From the NCBI GenBank assembly GCA_963695555.1, contig CAVOGR010000001.1:736001-800000 (forward strand): a stretch of DNA of 64,000 nucleotides. Reading direction: 5' to 3'. Each line of letters starts with the position of its first letter. The stretch's first letter is position 1. The notes under the pieces were generated by a model. That model did no database searches. It was not told the origin of the DNA and saw only the letters and a list, made by a program, of their open reading frames with translations. Source of the stretch: an uncultured Gemmatimonadales bacterium (GTDB lineage Bacteria > Gemmatimonadota > Gemmatimonadetes > Gemmatimonadales > GWC2-71-9). The translations under genes and the position numbers were made by a program. Below, in pieces: positions 18,109 to 29,673 of this stretch.

Positions 18109-20243
18109 ATGCGAATCGTCTCTCTGGTGGTTCTCGGTCTATTCATACTTGGTGCCCCGGCGGTCACGGCCCAAGACGCCCGTCCGTATGGTGAACGAGT
18201 GGAAATCCGGCGCACGGCGTTCGGCGTTCCTCATATCCTGGCGGAGGACCTCGCGGCACTCGGCTACGGGATGGCCTGGGTCCAGCTCGAGGACTACGGC
18301 GCGCGGGTGGCGGTCAATCTGCTTCGCGGGCGCGGTGAGCTGGCCCGCTATTTCGGCCGTGACTCGCTCGACTCCGATTTCGCGTTTCGCAGAATCCCAT
18401 GCGAGAGCGGTCGAGACCTTTCAGTTGCTGGAGCCGGCCACGCGCGAGCTGTGTCAGGGATTCGCGGCCGGCGCAAGCCGCTATGTCGAAACCCACCCCG
18501 ACGAATTTCCGGTGTGGATGCCCCATGACTTCACGCCGCACGATGTCGCAGCACTCTGGGTGGATGAGACTATCGCACCGGCCACTGCTCGGTTCCTGCG
18601 TGCTCAGCGTGCCCGGCTCCGCGCGGCGGACTCGCTTCGCGCGCTCGGGGCAGGATCCAACGCCTGGGCCTTCGCGCCGAGCCGGACGATTTCGGGCCGT
18701 TCGATCCTGCTCCGGAACCCGCACCTGAACTGGGACGCCGGCTACTACGAAGCACATATCACCGTCCCCGGCGTGATCAACTTCTACGGCGACTTCCGGG
18801 TCGGGTACCCGCTCTACTTCGACGGCGGCTTCAACGAGCACCTCGGCTGGGCGACGACCAACAACAATCCCGACCTCGAGGAGATCTACGCGCTCGATGT
18901 CGATCCCGACCGGGCGGACCACTACCTGTTCGACGGCGGCTCCGTCCCGTTCGAGCGCGAGTGGTCACCGTCAGTGGAGATCGGGAACGGCCTGTCGAGG
19001 GAGACCCGGGAGTTCTGGCGCTCACCGCTGGGTCCGGTCATGTCGAGCGGGCGACGGCAAGGTCTACGTCGTGCGGTCACCGGCCTGGGGTGAGTATCGG
19101 AAGACCGAGCAGTTCCTTCGCATGATGCAGGCTCGGAACCTCGAGGAGTGGAAGGCGGCGGTCCGGATGCGCGCCCACACCGAGTCGAACCTGACCTACG
19201 CCGACCGCGACGGGAACATCTTCTACGTCTGGAATGCGACGCTACCGCGCCGGCCGCTTCCATCGGGAGACGACACGGCCGCTGTTCCGGTCCGCACCAC
19301 GAGCCAAGTCTGGACTCGGATCGTTCCGTTCGACTCGTTGCCGCAGGTGCTCAATCCGCGGAGCGGCTACATCCAGAACGCCAACGACCCCTTTCACTTC
19401 ACCAACCTCGAGGCGCCGCTCGACTCGTCCAGGTTTCCTCCGCCCGATTTCCCCGGCCCCGACCTCAGCCTCCGCAGCCAGTTGAGCCTGAAGCTCGTCG
19501 CCCAACAGCGGAAGGTGAGCCTCGAAGACGTGGTGCGGCTCAAGCATTCTTATCGCATGCTCGCCGCCGAGCGTTTCAAGGAAGACCTACTAGCCGCGGT
19601 GCGGGCGTCGAATCCGTCCGCCGAAGTTGCTGAAGCCGCTGCATTGCTCGAGCGCTGGGATAACACGGTGTCGCCAGAGTCACGCGGCTCGACCCTGTTT
19701 GAGACATGGGTTTACCGATACATGACTCCGGATTCCGGCGATACCCGCCCGCGACGGGAACGCGAGCGTGAGCTGATCACCGCGCCGTGGAGCGCCGCCA
19801 AGCCACTCCAAACTCCGGCCGGGCTTGCCCAGCCGGAGCGAGCGGCCCGGAGTTTTGCGCGGGCGGTGGAGGAGACCACCCGGCGATACGGGAGCTACGA
19901 CGTTGCCTGGGGCGACGTGCACCGCGTCCGGCTCGGCGACCTGGACCTGCCGGTGGGCGGGTGCTCCGGGAGCCTCGGATGCTTCCGGGTGCTCTGGTTC
20001 GAGGACGCCCCGGACGGCAAGCAGCAGGTTCGGGGCGGCGACGGCTGGGTGCTGGCGGTCGAGTTCGGACGCGACGGCCCGCGCGCCTACTCGATCCTGG
20101 CGTACGGCGAGAGCTCAAACCCCGACTCGCCGCATCACACCGATCAGGCGGAGATGTACACGCGGGGACAGCTCAAGCGGGTGGCGTTTACCGAAGCGGA
20201 GATCGCGGCCCAGTTGGTTCGGTCCTACCGTCCCGGGCAGTGA
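18109..20243 (+). CDS. Penicillin acylase / AHL-acylase family Ntn-hydrolase (frameshifts near 18390 and 18960-19050)
   Basis: Signal peptide, IRRTAFGVPHI, GSNAWA (beta-chain Ser), LLRNPHL and YGESSNPDSPHHTDQ spread over three frames. Confidence 0.88.
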
Positions 20244-20307
20244 GCCCGCGGAAGAACTCGTCGGTCGAACGAACGGTGAGTCTGTCAGGAGTATGCTCGC
20301 GACGCAT

Positions 20308-20688
20308 TCAGGAGTCGCTCTCGAACACCGCCCCCCGGGGCGCAAAGCCGATCCCGCTCACCGTGTCGGACCCGTCCACGAAGTAGAGTTCGGTAGTGCC
20401 TTCCGCGGCTCCTGATTCGGCGCCGTCGGCTACCTCGACCGGGGTGGAGTAGAACCAAATCTCGACCTCGCTCCCCATTGGTACTTCCGACCAAAACGAC
20501 TCGATGGCTCCCCAGATGGACTCGTCGGTCTTTCGCAGGGTGTCCTTTCGCTCCGGCTCACCGAACCGCCCGATGACCTCCGCCCGGGTCATGCCGACCG
20601 CAAACTCGGCGTGATGCGGTGGGGAATAGCAGGCCACGGCCCCGACCATCAACAGAGCCCGCCCGAGACTCCACCGACTCATGGCCAT
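20308..20688 (-). CDS. Putative lipoprotein (SmpA/BamE-like motif)
   Basis: Lipobox AVAC; GMTRAEVIGRFGEP. Confidence 0.6.
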   Translation of the reverse strand: MAMSRWSLGRALLMVGAVACYSPPHHAEFAVGMTRAEVIGRFGEPERKDTLRKTDESIWGAIESFWSEVPMGSEVEIWFYSTPVEVADGAESGAAEGTTELYFVDGSDTVSGIGFAPRGAVFESDS

Positions 20689-20702
20689 TCCTCGCTTCGC
20701 GC

Positions 20703-22817
20703 CTACTGGTCCCTCCACCGAACCTCCATCCCGACATACGCGTTTCGCCCCGGTGACGGCTCGAGCACCCGACCTCCGAAGCCATTGATCGTCACCGAGC
20801 CAACATAGGCGCGGTCGAACAGGTTGTTGACCCCGATGAACGGGGCGAGGACGATATCGCCGAGGCTGCGAGACAGGCTCGCCCGCAGGTTGGTGACGCC
20901 CACACCCCAGTCATCGACTTCGATGCTGTTGTCGTCATCGGCGAACAGCGACGAACTCAACGTATGATCAACATCGATCGCGAGACCTTGGACGGGAGAG
21001 GCCCGGATGCCGAGCCGTAGGGAGTGCCGCGGAATGCCTGGCAGGCGGTTGCCGTCGAGCGTGTCGATAGTCGCCTGATCCACTAGGCGATACTCCAGAA
21101 ACTGATATGACGCGAAGGTGTAGGAGCCGAACAGCCTGAGGCCCGGCAGGGCCACGGCGCTGATCCCGATCTCGATGCCTCGATGCCGTGTCTTGCCGGC
21201 ATTCTGGAAGAATGTGCGTCCCAGTACTTCTCGGAACGGAACGATGGCGTCCCGGATGGTGCTCTGAAACACCGCCGCCTCGTAGGTGCAGCACGACGCG
21301 ATCCGGCCACGTGCGCCGAGCTCCACGGTCACCGCGCGTTCCGGATCGAGGTCGGGGTTGAGCCCGCCGCTTCCATCGGGACGATTGATCAGCTCGGTGG
21401 TCGTGGGTGTCTGGAACGAGCTGGAGAGATTGGCGTAGGGTGTGAAATTCGTCTGCAGCGGGAGACTGGCCCCGGCGTGCCAGCTCCAGGCCGACATCCG
21501 GCGCCGGTCGCTCTGGTCCTCGCCGTCGGTCAGGTGCCGGTCGTCGACATGGAAGGTCACGTCGTCGTATCGGAGTCCAGCCGAGAGATGGAGCCCGGGT
21601 ACCGGGTCCCAGCCGACTTGGACGAAGGGTCCGATCTCGGTTACCGTCTCGATCTCGTTCACGGTCACACTGTCGGTCGGCGCACCCATGCCGTCGCCCA
21701 GGAAATTCACTCGATCGTCGCGCATGCGCTGGACATCGAGCCCGGCGGACACGGTGGCGCGGCCCATCCGGCGGCTGCCGTCCAGGCGGACGCCGCCAGC
21801 CCAGCGGCCCAGGTCGATCACCACGTTGGTGGCTAGGGGATTGAACAGCGCGCGGTGGATGCCGTACAGGGTGGCGGCATACTGGCCGGCGTCGTCGAAA
21901 TGTCTCACCGTTAGGGCAAGTTGCTGTTGGCTCACGTCTTTTCGCGCATCACGCACGATGCTGTTCACGCCCGCGGAGTCGGGATTGGCAGCATATTCGG
22001 CGGCCGTCAGTGCGCCCGGGTTCTGGGCATCGGGGCTGTCGCTTAGCGCAAGGGTGAGTCCGAAGGCGGTGCGGACTGAGGCGATCCACTCGAACGTGGC
22101 ATTGGCCTTCCGGATGTCCGCTCGGCTGTGTTGGCGAGTACCGTCGGTGGTGAGCCGGGACAGTGACAGGGTGCCGCTCGCAGGCCCCGACCGGAACGTC
22201 GTCCTGGACTGCCACTTCCAGGTGTCGAATGCCCCGCCAACGAGTCGAAAGGCTTGGGAGACCGGAACGAGTGGGGCAGGGCGTGAGGAGAATGCGATCA
22301 CACCGCCCGCGGCATTGCCGTAGCGTGAGGAGGCCGAACCGCGGATCACTTCCACCCGGTCGATGGCGCCGAGCTCGAGGTTCGACAGCTGGCTCTGGCC
22401 GTCGGGCAGGGTCTGGGGTACGCCGTCCAGCACGATCTTGATGCCGCGAACGCCGAAACTGGCCCGGCTCCCGAAGCCGCGGATCGAAATGCGCTCGTCG
22501 AGCGCGAAGTTGTAGCGATTGGCCACGGAAACGCCGGGTATCTCGGGTAAGGCCTCGTCCAGTGTGACGGTGAATCGGCCACTGGACAAGGCATCGCGAT
22601 CCAGCCGTGCAACCGCCAGCGGAACCCGAGCGATGCGCTCGGGCGCCCGGGTGACGGTGAGGGCGGGAAGCGTGACAGCGGAATCGGCTCGCACGGAATC
22701 GGGCGCCTGTGGCTCTTGGGCCGTGAGCGGCAGGGCGGCAAGGAAAGCGGCGATCGCAAGCCAGACCAGAGCCGCTCGGCTGACGCTCTGTCCTTGAATA
22801 CCGATCCACCCAGCCAT
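20703..22817 (-). CDS. TonB-dependent receptor
   Basis: Plug motifs (ISIRGFG, IDRVEVIRGSASSRYGNAAGGVI), NNLFDRAY and PGRNAYVGMEVRW. Confidence 0.92.
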   Translation of the reverse strand: MAGWIGIQGQSVSRAALVWLAIAAFLAALPLTAQEPQAPDSVRADSAVTLPALTVTRAPERIARVPLAVARLDRDALSSGRFTVTLDEALPEIPGVSVANRYNFALDERISIRGFGSRASFGVRGIKIVLDGVPQTLPDGQSQLSNLELGAIDRVEVIRGSASSRYGNAAGGVIAFSSRPAPLVPVSQAFRLVGGAFDTWKWQSRTTFRSGPASGTLSLSRLTTDGTRQHSRADIRKANATFEWIASVRTAFGLTLALSDSPDAQNPGALTAAEYAANPDSAGVNSIVRDARKDVSQQQLALTVRHFDDAGQYAATLYGIHRALFNPLATNVVIDLGRWAGGVRLDGSRRMGRATVSAGLDVQRMRDDRVNFLGDGMGAPTDSVTVNEIETVTEIGPFVQVGWDPVPGLHLSAGLRYDDVTFHVDDRHLTDGEDQSDRRRMSAWSWHAGASLPLQTNFTPYANLSSSFQTPTTTELINRPDGSGGLNPDLDPERAVTVELGARGRIASCCTYEAAVFQSTIRDAIVPFREVLGRTFFQNAGKTRHRGIEIGISAVALPGLRLFGSYTFASYQFLEYRLVDQATIDTLDGNRLPGIPRHSLRLGIRASPVQGLAIDVDHTLSSSLFADDDNSIEVDDWGVGVTNLRASLSRSLGDIVLAPFIGVNNLFDRAYVGSVTINGFGGRVLEPSPGRNAYVGMEVRWRDQ

Positions 22818-22902
22818 ACCTTCCCCTGCCGTATGTTGACGGCCTTTCGAGTTCACGCGCGATTTCCCCGCTCAGGATGCGATTCTCTCATGCTGACCAA
22901 GT

Positions 22903-23298
22903 ATGCAGCACACGACCACAGCTGACGAGCCCACCGTTGGGGAGGGCTGGATGCGCTTGGCCGCGTTGGTGGCCGAACAGGTGCCGGTCGCCGAAATGGA
23001 CGGGCTCTGGGTGTTCCGGCCGATGATGCACGAGGGTCGGCAATGGGGTACGGCGGTCTTCACCCGGGTTGACGGCGACCGTCGTAGAATCTACACCGCA
23101 CGCTACATGCACCAACTCAAGGGTAAGGAGCGCGGTACCTATTCGGCAGAGGTCACGGAGGTCGGGTCCGGAGTGGTCGAGACCCTGGACGACATTCTTG
23201 CCTTGGCCGAGCACCGTCTCGAGGAAGAGTCACCGGTGCGCATCCCGATCGAGCGCTGGTTCCCGCTCCAGGAAAATGCCCCACCCGATACCGACTGA
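22903..23298 (+). CDS. Hypothetical protein
   Basis: Globular-looking ORF upstream of ccdA. Confidence 0.6.
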   Translation: MQHTTTADEPTVGEGWMRLAALVAEQVPVAEMDGLWVFRPMMHEGRQWGTAVFTRVDGDRRRIYTARYMHQLKGKERGTYSAEVTEVGSGVVETLDDILALAEHRLEEESPVRIPIERWFPLQENAPPDTD

Positions 23299-23380
23299 GC
23301 GCGCGACGCCGTTCGAGGGCGATTTGGTCTCCCGCGACGGGTCGCCTGTACGGCTCACCTTTGGTGAAAGCAGCGTTCGC

Positions 23381-24109
23381 GTGAACGAGCCCGGCAACCT
23401 CAGTATCCTCGTGGCGTTTGTCGCCGGGCTGTTGAGCTTCCTGTCGCCCTGCGTGCTGCCCCTAGTCCCGTCGTACCTCGGCTTTATCACGGGCCTCAGC
23501 CTGAACGAGATGACCTCCCGGCGGCGAGTCGCCCTGATCCACTCGCTGCTCTTCGTCAGCGGATTCTCGCTCGTCTTCATCTTGCTTGGCATGGGCGCCA
23601 CGGCCCTGGGCCGCGCGCTCAATTACCACCAGGTCTGGCTGCAGCGGGTGGGTGGTGTGCTCATCATCCTGTTCGGGATCTATCTCCTGGGCATCTTCCG
23701 CCTGGGCTTTCTCGAGCGCGAAAGTCGCCTCCACATCGAGCAGAAACCGCTGGGGTACTTCGGAACGCTGCTGGTGGGCATGGCGTTCGCCGCGGGGTGG
23801 ACACCCTGCATCGGTCCGATCCTTGGCGGAATCCTCACCCTGGCCGGGACCCAGGCCGACCTGAGCCGTGGTACTCTGCTCCTGGCCGTCTACTCGGCGG
23901 GGCTGGCACTGCCGTTCTTGGTCGCCGCCTGGGCGGTCGAGGCGTTTCTCGATTGGTTCCAACGATTCCGGAAGTACCTGCCGTGGGTGCAGCGCGCCAG
24001 CGGAGTCCTGCTGATCATCGTGGGCGTGCTGCTCGTGTCGGGCGAGTTCACCCGCCTGGCAGGCTGGCTCCAAGGTTTGACGCCGGAGTTCTTGCGGGAG
24101 CAGCTGTAG
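23381..24109 (+). CDS. ccdA: Cytochrome c biogenesis protein CcdA (DsbD-TM)
   Basis: SFLSPCVLPLVP and GWTPCIGPIL motifs. Confidence 0.92.
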   Translation: MNEPGNLSILVAFVAGLLSFLSPCVLPLVPSYLGFITGLSLNEMTSRRRVALIHSLLFVSGFSLVFILLGMGATALGRALNYHQVWLQRVGGVLIILFGIYLLGIFRLGFLERESRLHIEQKPLGYFGTLLVGMAFAAGWTPCIGPILGGILTLAGTQADLSRGTLLLAVYSAGLALPFLVAAWAVEAFLDWFQRFRKYLPWVQRASGVLLIIVGVLLVSGEFTRLAGWLQGLTPEFLREQL

Positions 24110-24178
24110 GCAGGAGGTAGGACGGTAGGACCGTGGGAGGGTAGTGACGTTTTTCCCTACTTCCTACCCTCCTGCTTC

Positions 24179-25933
24179 CTACTTCCCTGCTTCTTCCAGC
24201 TCCTCCTCCAGCTGCTGCTTGCGGAGCAGGCTCCAGTAGCGTCCGCGGCGGGCAATCAGGTCTTCGTGCCTTCCTTGCTCGACGATCGAGCCGCTTTCCA
24301 GCACCACGATCCAGTCCGCTTCGCGCACTGCGGCGAGCCGGTGTGACACCACGATGCTGGTCCGTTCCGCTAAGGCGCCGCGCAGGGCTGTCAGGATCTT
24401 CGCCTCGGTGTGGGCATCGACGGCGCTCAGCGCATCGTCGAGGACGAAGACCGGCGGGTCGATCGCGAGGGCACGGGCGATGGCGGTGCGCTGTTTCTGC
24501 CCGCCGGACAGGTTGACGCCCCGCTCGCCGAGCATCGTGTCGAGCCCGTCGCGCAGACCCGCGATCGTTTCACCGAGTTGGGCTGTCTCGGTCACGTCGG
24601 TTAGGCGGCTCGCATCGTCGGTGCCCATGAGGATGTTCTCGCGAAGCGTTTGGCTGAAGAGAAACGTTTCCTGGGGCACGAACCCGATAGCGCCATGCAG
24701 GTCCTCGAGCGCGAGATCGCGGACTTCGACGCCGTCCAGCAGGATCCTTCCCTTGTCGGGATCGTAGGTGCGCACCAGCAGGTCGACCAGCGTCGATTTG
24801 CCCGCGCCGGTTTGGCCGACGATGGCGAGCGAGCGGCCAGCCGGCACGTGGAACGAGATGTCCCGCAGCACCCAGCCGCGTTCGTGCGCGTTGGGATAGC
24901 GAAACCACACCCCGTCGAAGGTGATGGCGCGCCCGCCGCGCGCAGGGGCAAGCGGCACCGGGTGGGGCGGGGAAACGATCGCCGGTTGCTGCTGAAAGAG
25001 GACGTTGATGCGGCCCATGGACGCGGCACCGCGCTGCACCAGGTTCACCACCCAGCCGAGCGCAATGAGCGGCCAGATGAGCATGGCGAGGTAGACGTCG
25101 AAGGCGATGAAGGACGCCACCGTCACGCTGCCGCCGATGACCAGCCGCCCGCCAACTGCCAGCACCACCACGGCGCTCACTCCTCCGAGGAAGGTGAATA
25201 GCGGCCGGAAAGCCCCCTGGACCGATGCCAGGGCCATGTTGCGCCCCACGTACTCCTCATTCAGCCGCCCCAAGTGCGCGATCTCGGCCGCCTCCTGCCG
25301 ATAGGCCCGAACGACCCGCACCCCGGTCAAGTTTTCCCGGATATGGTCGGTAAGGGTGGCGAACTGGGACTGGACCTTCATGCTGCGGTCGTGAATCAGC
25401 CGGCCGAGCACGATCATTGCAACGGGCAGGACGGCAAGGGGGAGGATAGTCAGCAGGGTGAGCTTGGGGCTGATCGCGATCATCCGCGGCCCGATGAGTG
25501 CGCCCCGGGTAATGGTATCGATTAGGTACATCATGGCCGGGCCGATCACCATGCGGACTGCGAGGAGATCGTTGGTTGTGCGGGCCATCACATCGCCCGT
25601 GGCGAACCGGTCGCTAAACTCACTGGATAGGCGCTGGAGATGTTCGAAGAGGGCATTACGAATGCGGTATTCGACTTTCCGGCTGCCGCTATTGAGCAGC
25701 TCCCGCATGCCGTACCGGGCAACGCCTCCCAGCAGTGCGACAGCGATCAGGAGCAGGCCCGCCCGGCGGACCTCGGCGAACGGATTGCCCTGTTCCAGCG
25801 CATCGATTCCCAATTCTAGGTATTTTGGACCTAGTGTGAGGAAGTAGTTGGAGACCAGGACGAGCGCGAGTCCCCCGGCGAAGGTCCACCGGTAGGGACG
25901 GAGGTAGGGAAGGACAGTTCGTAATTCGCGCAT
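24179..25933 (-). CDS. ABC transporter fused permease/ATPase (MdlA-like exporter)
   Basis: TM domain, GQTGAGKST, LSGGQKQR, VLDDALSAVD. Confidence 0.93.
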   Translation of the reverse strand: MRELRTVLPYLRPYRWTFAGGLALVLVSNYFLTLGPKYLELGIDALEQGNPFAEVRRAGLLLIAVALLGGVARYGMRELLNSGSRKVEYRIRNALFEHLQRLSSEFSDRFATGDVMARTTNDLLAVRMVIGPAMMYLIDTITRGALIGPRMIAISPKLTLLTILPLAVLPVAMIVLGRLIHDRSMKVQSQFATLTDHIRENLTGVRVVRAYRQEAAEIAHLGRLNEEYVGRNMALASVQGAFRPLFTFLGGVSAVVVLAVGGRLVIGGSVTVASFIAFDVYLAMLIWPLIALGWVVNLVQRGAASMGRINVLFQQQPAIVSPPHPVPLAPARGGRAITFDGVWFRYPNAHERGWVLRDISFHVPAGRSLAIVGQTGAGKSTLVDLLVRTYDPDKGRILLDGVEVRDLALEDLHGAIGFVPQETFLFSQTLRENILMGTDDASRLTDVTETAQLGETIAGLRDGLDTMLGERGVNLSGGQKQRTAIARALAIDPPVFVLDDALSAVDAHTEAKILTALRGALAERTSIVVSHRLAAVREADWIVVLESGSIVEQGRHEDLIARRGRYWSLLRKQQLEEELEEAGK

Positions 25934-25991
25934 GGCACTGGATACGTGGGCTTAGGCCCAGTGATTATACACGCACCTGATGGAGGAAGGC

Positions 25992-26771
25992 ATGATGAAA
26001 CGAATGCTGCTCATGGTGGCGCTCGTCGCCGTGGCGGCGTGCGGCCGAGCCGACAAGGACAGCGACATGGCGCTGGCCGATAGCCTGAGCCGGGATCTGG
26101 AGCTGGCTCCGGTCGATACCACCGCCCAGTTGGCCGATGTCCCGGCCGAGACTCCCGCCGCCCAGCCGGCCCCTGCGCCGAAGCGGAAGGCCGTCACCCC
26201 GACGCCCACTCCCGCGGCGCCACCGGCCCCGGCCCCGACGCGCTCAGCCGCGACCATTCCGGCCGGCGCAGTCGTCAACGCCACGGCGATCGACACCCTC
26301 ACGTCCCGGACCCATAAGCCCGGCTACGTGTTCGTGGCTCGGACATCGAACGATCTCAAGGACGAGCGAGGCCGAATCGTGGTGCCGGCAGGCGCCGAGA
26401 TCAGCTTTACGGTCAAGGCCATTGCACCGTCGGAAAACAAGGGAGATACCGCCGGCGTGTTGGTGCTCGAGCCGACGCAACTTATGGTGGACGGCCGAGC
26501 CTACGCGGTGCGTGGAAGCGTCGACTACGTGGAGAAGTATCTCAAGGGTCGGGGCGTCCAGGCGGGTGACGTCGCCAAGGTCGGCGCGGGTACGGCCATC
26601 GGGGCCGTGGCCGGACGCATCATCGGCGGCAAGAAGGGCACCGTCATCGGTGGCGCCGTGGGAGCCGCCGCGGGCACCGCCCGCGCACTCGAGACCTACG
26701 ACCGCGACGTGGTGGTGCCGCCCGGCGCGGCAATCACCGTGACCCTGACCTCGGACGTCGTGGTGAACTAG
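25992..26771 (+). CDS. Lipoprotein with a Pro/Ala linker and glycine zipper
   Basis: GGAGG RBS, lipobox VAAC, GAGTAIGAVAG...GGAVGAAAG. Confidence 0.8.
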   Translation: MMKRMLLMVALVAVAACGRADKDSDMALADSLSRDLELAPVDTTAQLADVPAETPAAQPAPAPKRKAVTPTPTPAAPPAPAPTRSAATIPAGAVVNATAIDTLTSRTHKPGYVFVARTSNDLKDERGRIVVPAGAEISFTVKAIAPSENKGDTAGVLVLEPTQLMVDGRAYAVRGSVDYVEKYLKGRGVQAGDVAKVGAGTAIGAVAGRIIGGKKGTVIGGAVGAAAGTARALETYDRDVVVPPGAAITVTLTSDVVVN

Positions 26772-26905
26772 GGAGTGGGGAGTAGGGAGTAGGATGTATC
26801 ATGCGACGGAGGGCTGGGGCCAGGTCGGACCCAGCCCTCCTGCTATCCTACCCCCTGCCCCCCACTCCCTACCCCCTACTCCCTACTCCCCGCTCCCTAC
26901 TCCCG
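26771..26905. repeat. Inverted heptamer arrays (GGGAGTR on + then CTACTCC/CCACTCC) between convergent genes
   Basis: Purine-rich copies at 26771-26793 and complementary copies at about 26850-26905. Confidence 0.85.
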
Positions 26906-28620
26906 TTAGTATCCCGCTCCCCCTCCGCCCAGCCTCGGATCACTCACCCCCTGCCAGCCTCGCGCCGTTCGGATGATGGCTTCGACGTCCCCGGAGTAGC
27001 CCCGGATGGTCACCGCGTGGCCCATGCGCTCGAGCGCGGCGATGGTGCCTGGCGTGAACCCGTTGCGCTCGATCCGGATGGAATCCGGCAGTCCCTGATG
27101 GTGGGTACGCGGTGCCGTGACCGCCTCCGACAGGGACATCCCGTGATCGATCACGTTTGAGATCACATGGTACACCATGGTGATGATGCGCGGGCCCCCG
27201 GGCGTGCCAACCACCATGAAGAGCTCGCCGTCGGGATCGAGCACGATGCTCGGCGTCATGGCGGACAGCATCCGCTTGCCCGGCATGATCGCGTTGGCTT
27301 CGCCCTGGACCAGGCCGAACATGTTGGGGCGGCCCGGAGCCGTCGCGAAGTCGTCCATCTCGTCGTTCAAGAGGAAGCCCGCTCCGGTCACGGTGACGGC
27401 GCTGCCGTAGCTGTTGTTGAGCGTCGTGGTACAGCTCACCACGTTGCCGTCGGCATCGACCACTGAGTAGTGGGTCGTACTCTCGCCCGTGCGAAGCGAC
27501 GGATCGAACTTCTCCGTTGGCGTCGCGCGACGCGGCGCAATCTCGGCACGCAGCGACGCCGCATAGGATTTTGAGAGGAGACGCTCGAGCGGCATCTCGA
27601 CGAAGTCCGGATCGCCCAAATACGTATTGCGATCGGTGAATGCCCGGCGCATCGCCTCCGTCTCCAGATGGATCAACTCGGGAGATCCGAAGGGAGGCAG
27701 CCGCTCATATCCCTCCAGGATGTTGAGAATCTGGCCCAGCGTCACCCCGCCTGAGGAGGCCGGCGGCATGGAGTAGATGGTATGGCCGCGATAGGTGATC
27801 CTGATCGGCTCCCGCCAGATCGCGCGGTAGGCGGCGAGATCCTGGTGCGTGATGAGGCCGCCCCCACGCCGCATTTCTTCGACGATTAGATCCGCCACCC
27901 GTCCCCGGTAGAAGCCGTCGTGGCCACGCACGCGGATGTCCTCCAGTGTGCGGGCCAGGTCCGGCTGCCGGAACTTCATCCCTCGAGGCGGTGCGCGGCC
28001 ATCGGGCAGGAACGCCAGGCGCGAGCTGGGAAACAAGAACAGCCGTTCTCGGTTGGAGTCGATCGAATGGCTGCGGAAGCTGTCGATCTCGAACCCGCTG
28101 GCCGCGAGCTCGATGGCTGGGTGCGATGACCTGGCTCGAACGGTAACCTCCCATAGGTGCGATGTGCTTCCATCATGCCGGCCACCGAGCCCGGTACTCC
28201 CGCCGCGAGATGGCCGGTAATGCTCAGGTCCGTGGGATCGCCGCCCTGATCGAGATACATGTCCCGCGTGGCCGCGAGCGGGGCGGTCTCACGATAGTCG
28301 AGCGCCCGCACCGTCCCGTCGGCCATCCGGATTACCATGAACCCTCCGCCGCCCAGGTTGCCGGCCGAGGGATGCACCACCGCCAGGGCAAGGCCCACGG
28401 CCACCGCCGCATCCACCGCGTTGCCGCCGGCGGCCAGAATGTCGCGGCCCACAGCACTCGCGATCGGGCTGCCCGACACCACCATGGCGCGGGGCGCGTC
28501 TGTGACCCGGGCCGTTCCCGCCAGGGGCCATGCACCATCGACCCCGGTCGAGAGAGGGGCGGCGCAGGCGGTCGCGAGGGCGAGAACCAGAGAGATGCGA
28601 GCCATCGAAGGGAGGTGCAC
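26906..28620 (-). CDS. ggt: Gamma-glutamyltransferase (two apparent frameshifts at about 28120-28135)
   Basis: GGNAVDAAVA, LDYRETAP, STTHYSVVD, LLNDEMDDF, MLSAMTP and GTPGG motifs. Confidence 0.92.
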
Positions 28621-28737
28621 GGCGCTCTCCGCCTTGGGTACGGGGTTCGGTCGTATGGGAATGCCGGAGGTTGATCCTGGCGTCCAACGCCGTCTAATTT
28701 AGCCCACCTTCACGGAGATGGCCTCTCCTCACCAACT

Positions 28738-29673
28738 GTGACAGAAGCTAACCACGACCCGCGACTGACCGAGCGCCGGAATCCTCGCACGCCTGGGATC
28801 GATACCGCGTCCCCGCTCGAGATCGTCGACCTGATTGCCGCCGAAGACGCCACCGTGCCAGGCATCGTCGCGGCGGCGCGCCAGGAACTGGCGCGGGCTA
28901 TCGAGTCGATCGAGACGTCATTTCGCAACGGCGGCCGGCTCGTCTACCTGGGCGCGGGCACCAGCGGGAGGCTCGGCGTGCTCGATGCCGCGGAGTGTCC
29001 GCCGACGTTCGGGACCGACCCTGCCATGGTGCTGGGAGTGATTGCCGGCGGCCCACCGGCCCTGGTGCGGTCGGCCGAAGGGGCTGAGGACGATACCGCG
29101 GCCGGCCGCTCTGCGATGGACGAACGCCAGGTGTCGGCCCGGGACACGGTGGTTGGGATCGCGGCCAGCGGCACGACGCCCTATGTCGGCGCGGGGCTCG
29201 CGCGCGCCAAGGAACTTGGCGCGACGACCATCCTCGTCACGTCGAGCGACGCACCTGACGCGGTTGCGCAGACCTGCGATCTCATCATCCCGATTCCCGT
29301 CGGCCCGGAAGTGGTAACGGGCTCTACCCGGATGAAGGCGGGCACGGCGACCAAACTGGTGCTCAACACGCTGAGCACCGGTTCCATGATTCGCCTGGGC
29401 AAGGTCTATGGCAACCTGATGGTCGACCTCCAGGCCTGGAGCGGCAAGCTGATCGATCGCGGCGAGCGCATCGTCATGGAGACGACCGGGGTGGATCGGG
29501 CCGCCGCGCGGCAGGCGATCGAGGCCGCCGGTGGGAGCGTCAAGACGGCGATTGTCATGGTGCGGCTCAAGGTGGCCCGGGACGAGGCCGAGAGCCTGCT
29601 GGCCACACACGATGGGCGGCTCCGATTGCTATTGGGCGATCCGCCTCCCGTCCGACCGGCGGCCTCGCCGTGA
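28738..29673 (+). CDS. murQ: N-acetylmuramic acid 6-phosphate etherase
   Basis: TERRNP, YLGAGTSGRLGVLDAAECPPTF, GPEVVTGSTRMKAGTATKLVLN. Confidence 0.96.
   Translation: MTEANHDPRLTERRNPRTPGIDTASPLEIVDLIAAEDATVPGIVAAARQELARAIESIETSFRNGGRLVYLGAGTSGRLGVLDAAECPPTFGTDPAMVLGVIAGGPPALVRSAEGAEDDTAAGRSAMDERQVSARDTVVGIAASGTTPYVGAGLARAKELGATTILVTSSDAPDAVAQTCDLIIPIPVGPEVVTGSTRMKAGTATKLVLNTLSTGSMIRLGKVYGNLMVDLQAWSGKLIDRGERIVMETTGVDRAAARQAIEAAGGSVKTAIVMVRLKVARDEAESLLATHDGRLRLLLGDPPPVRPAASP

Noticed and set aside
20703..22817. Calling the TonB receptor btuB because B12 enzymes occur in the window
   Set aside because: It lies about 26 kb from them, with no riboswitch or substrate-specific evidence.
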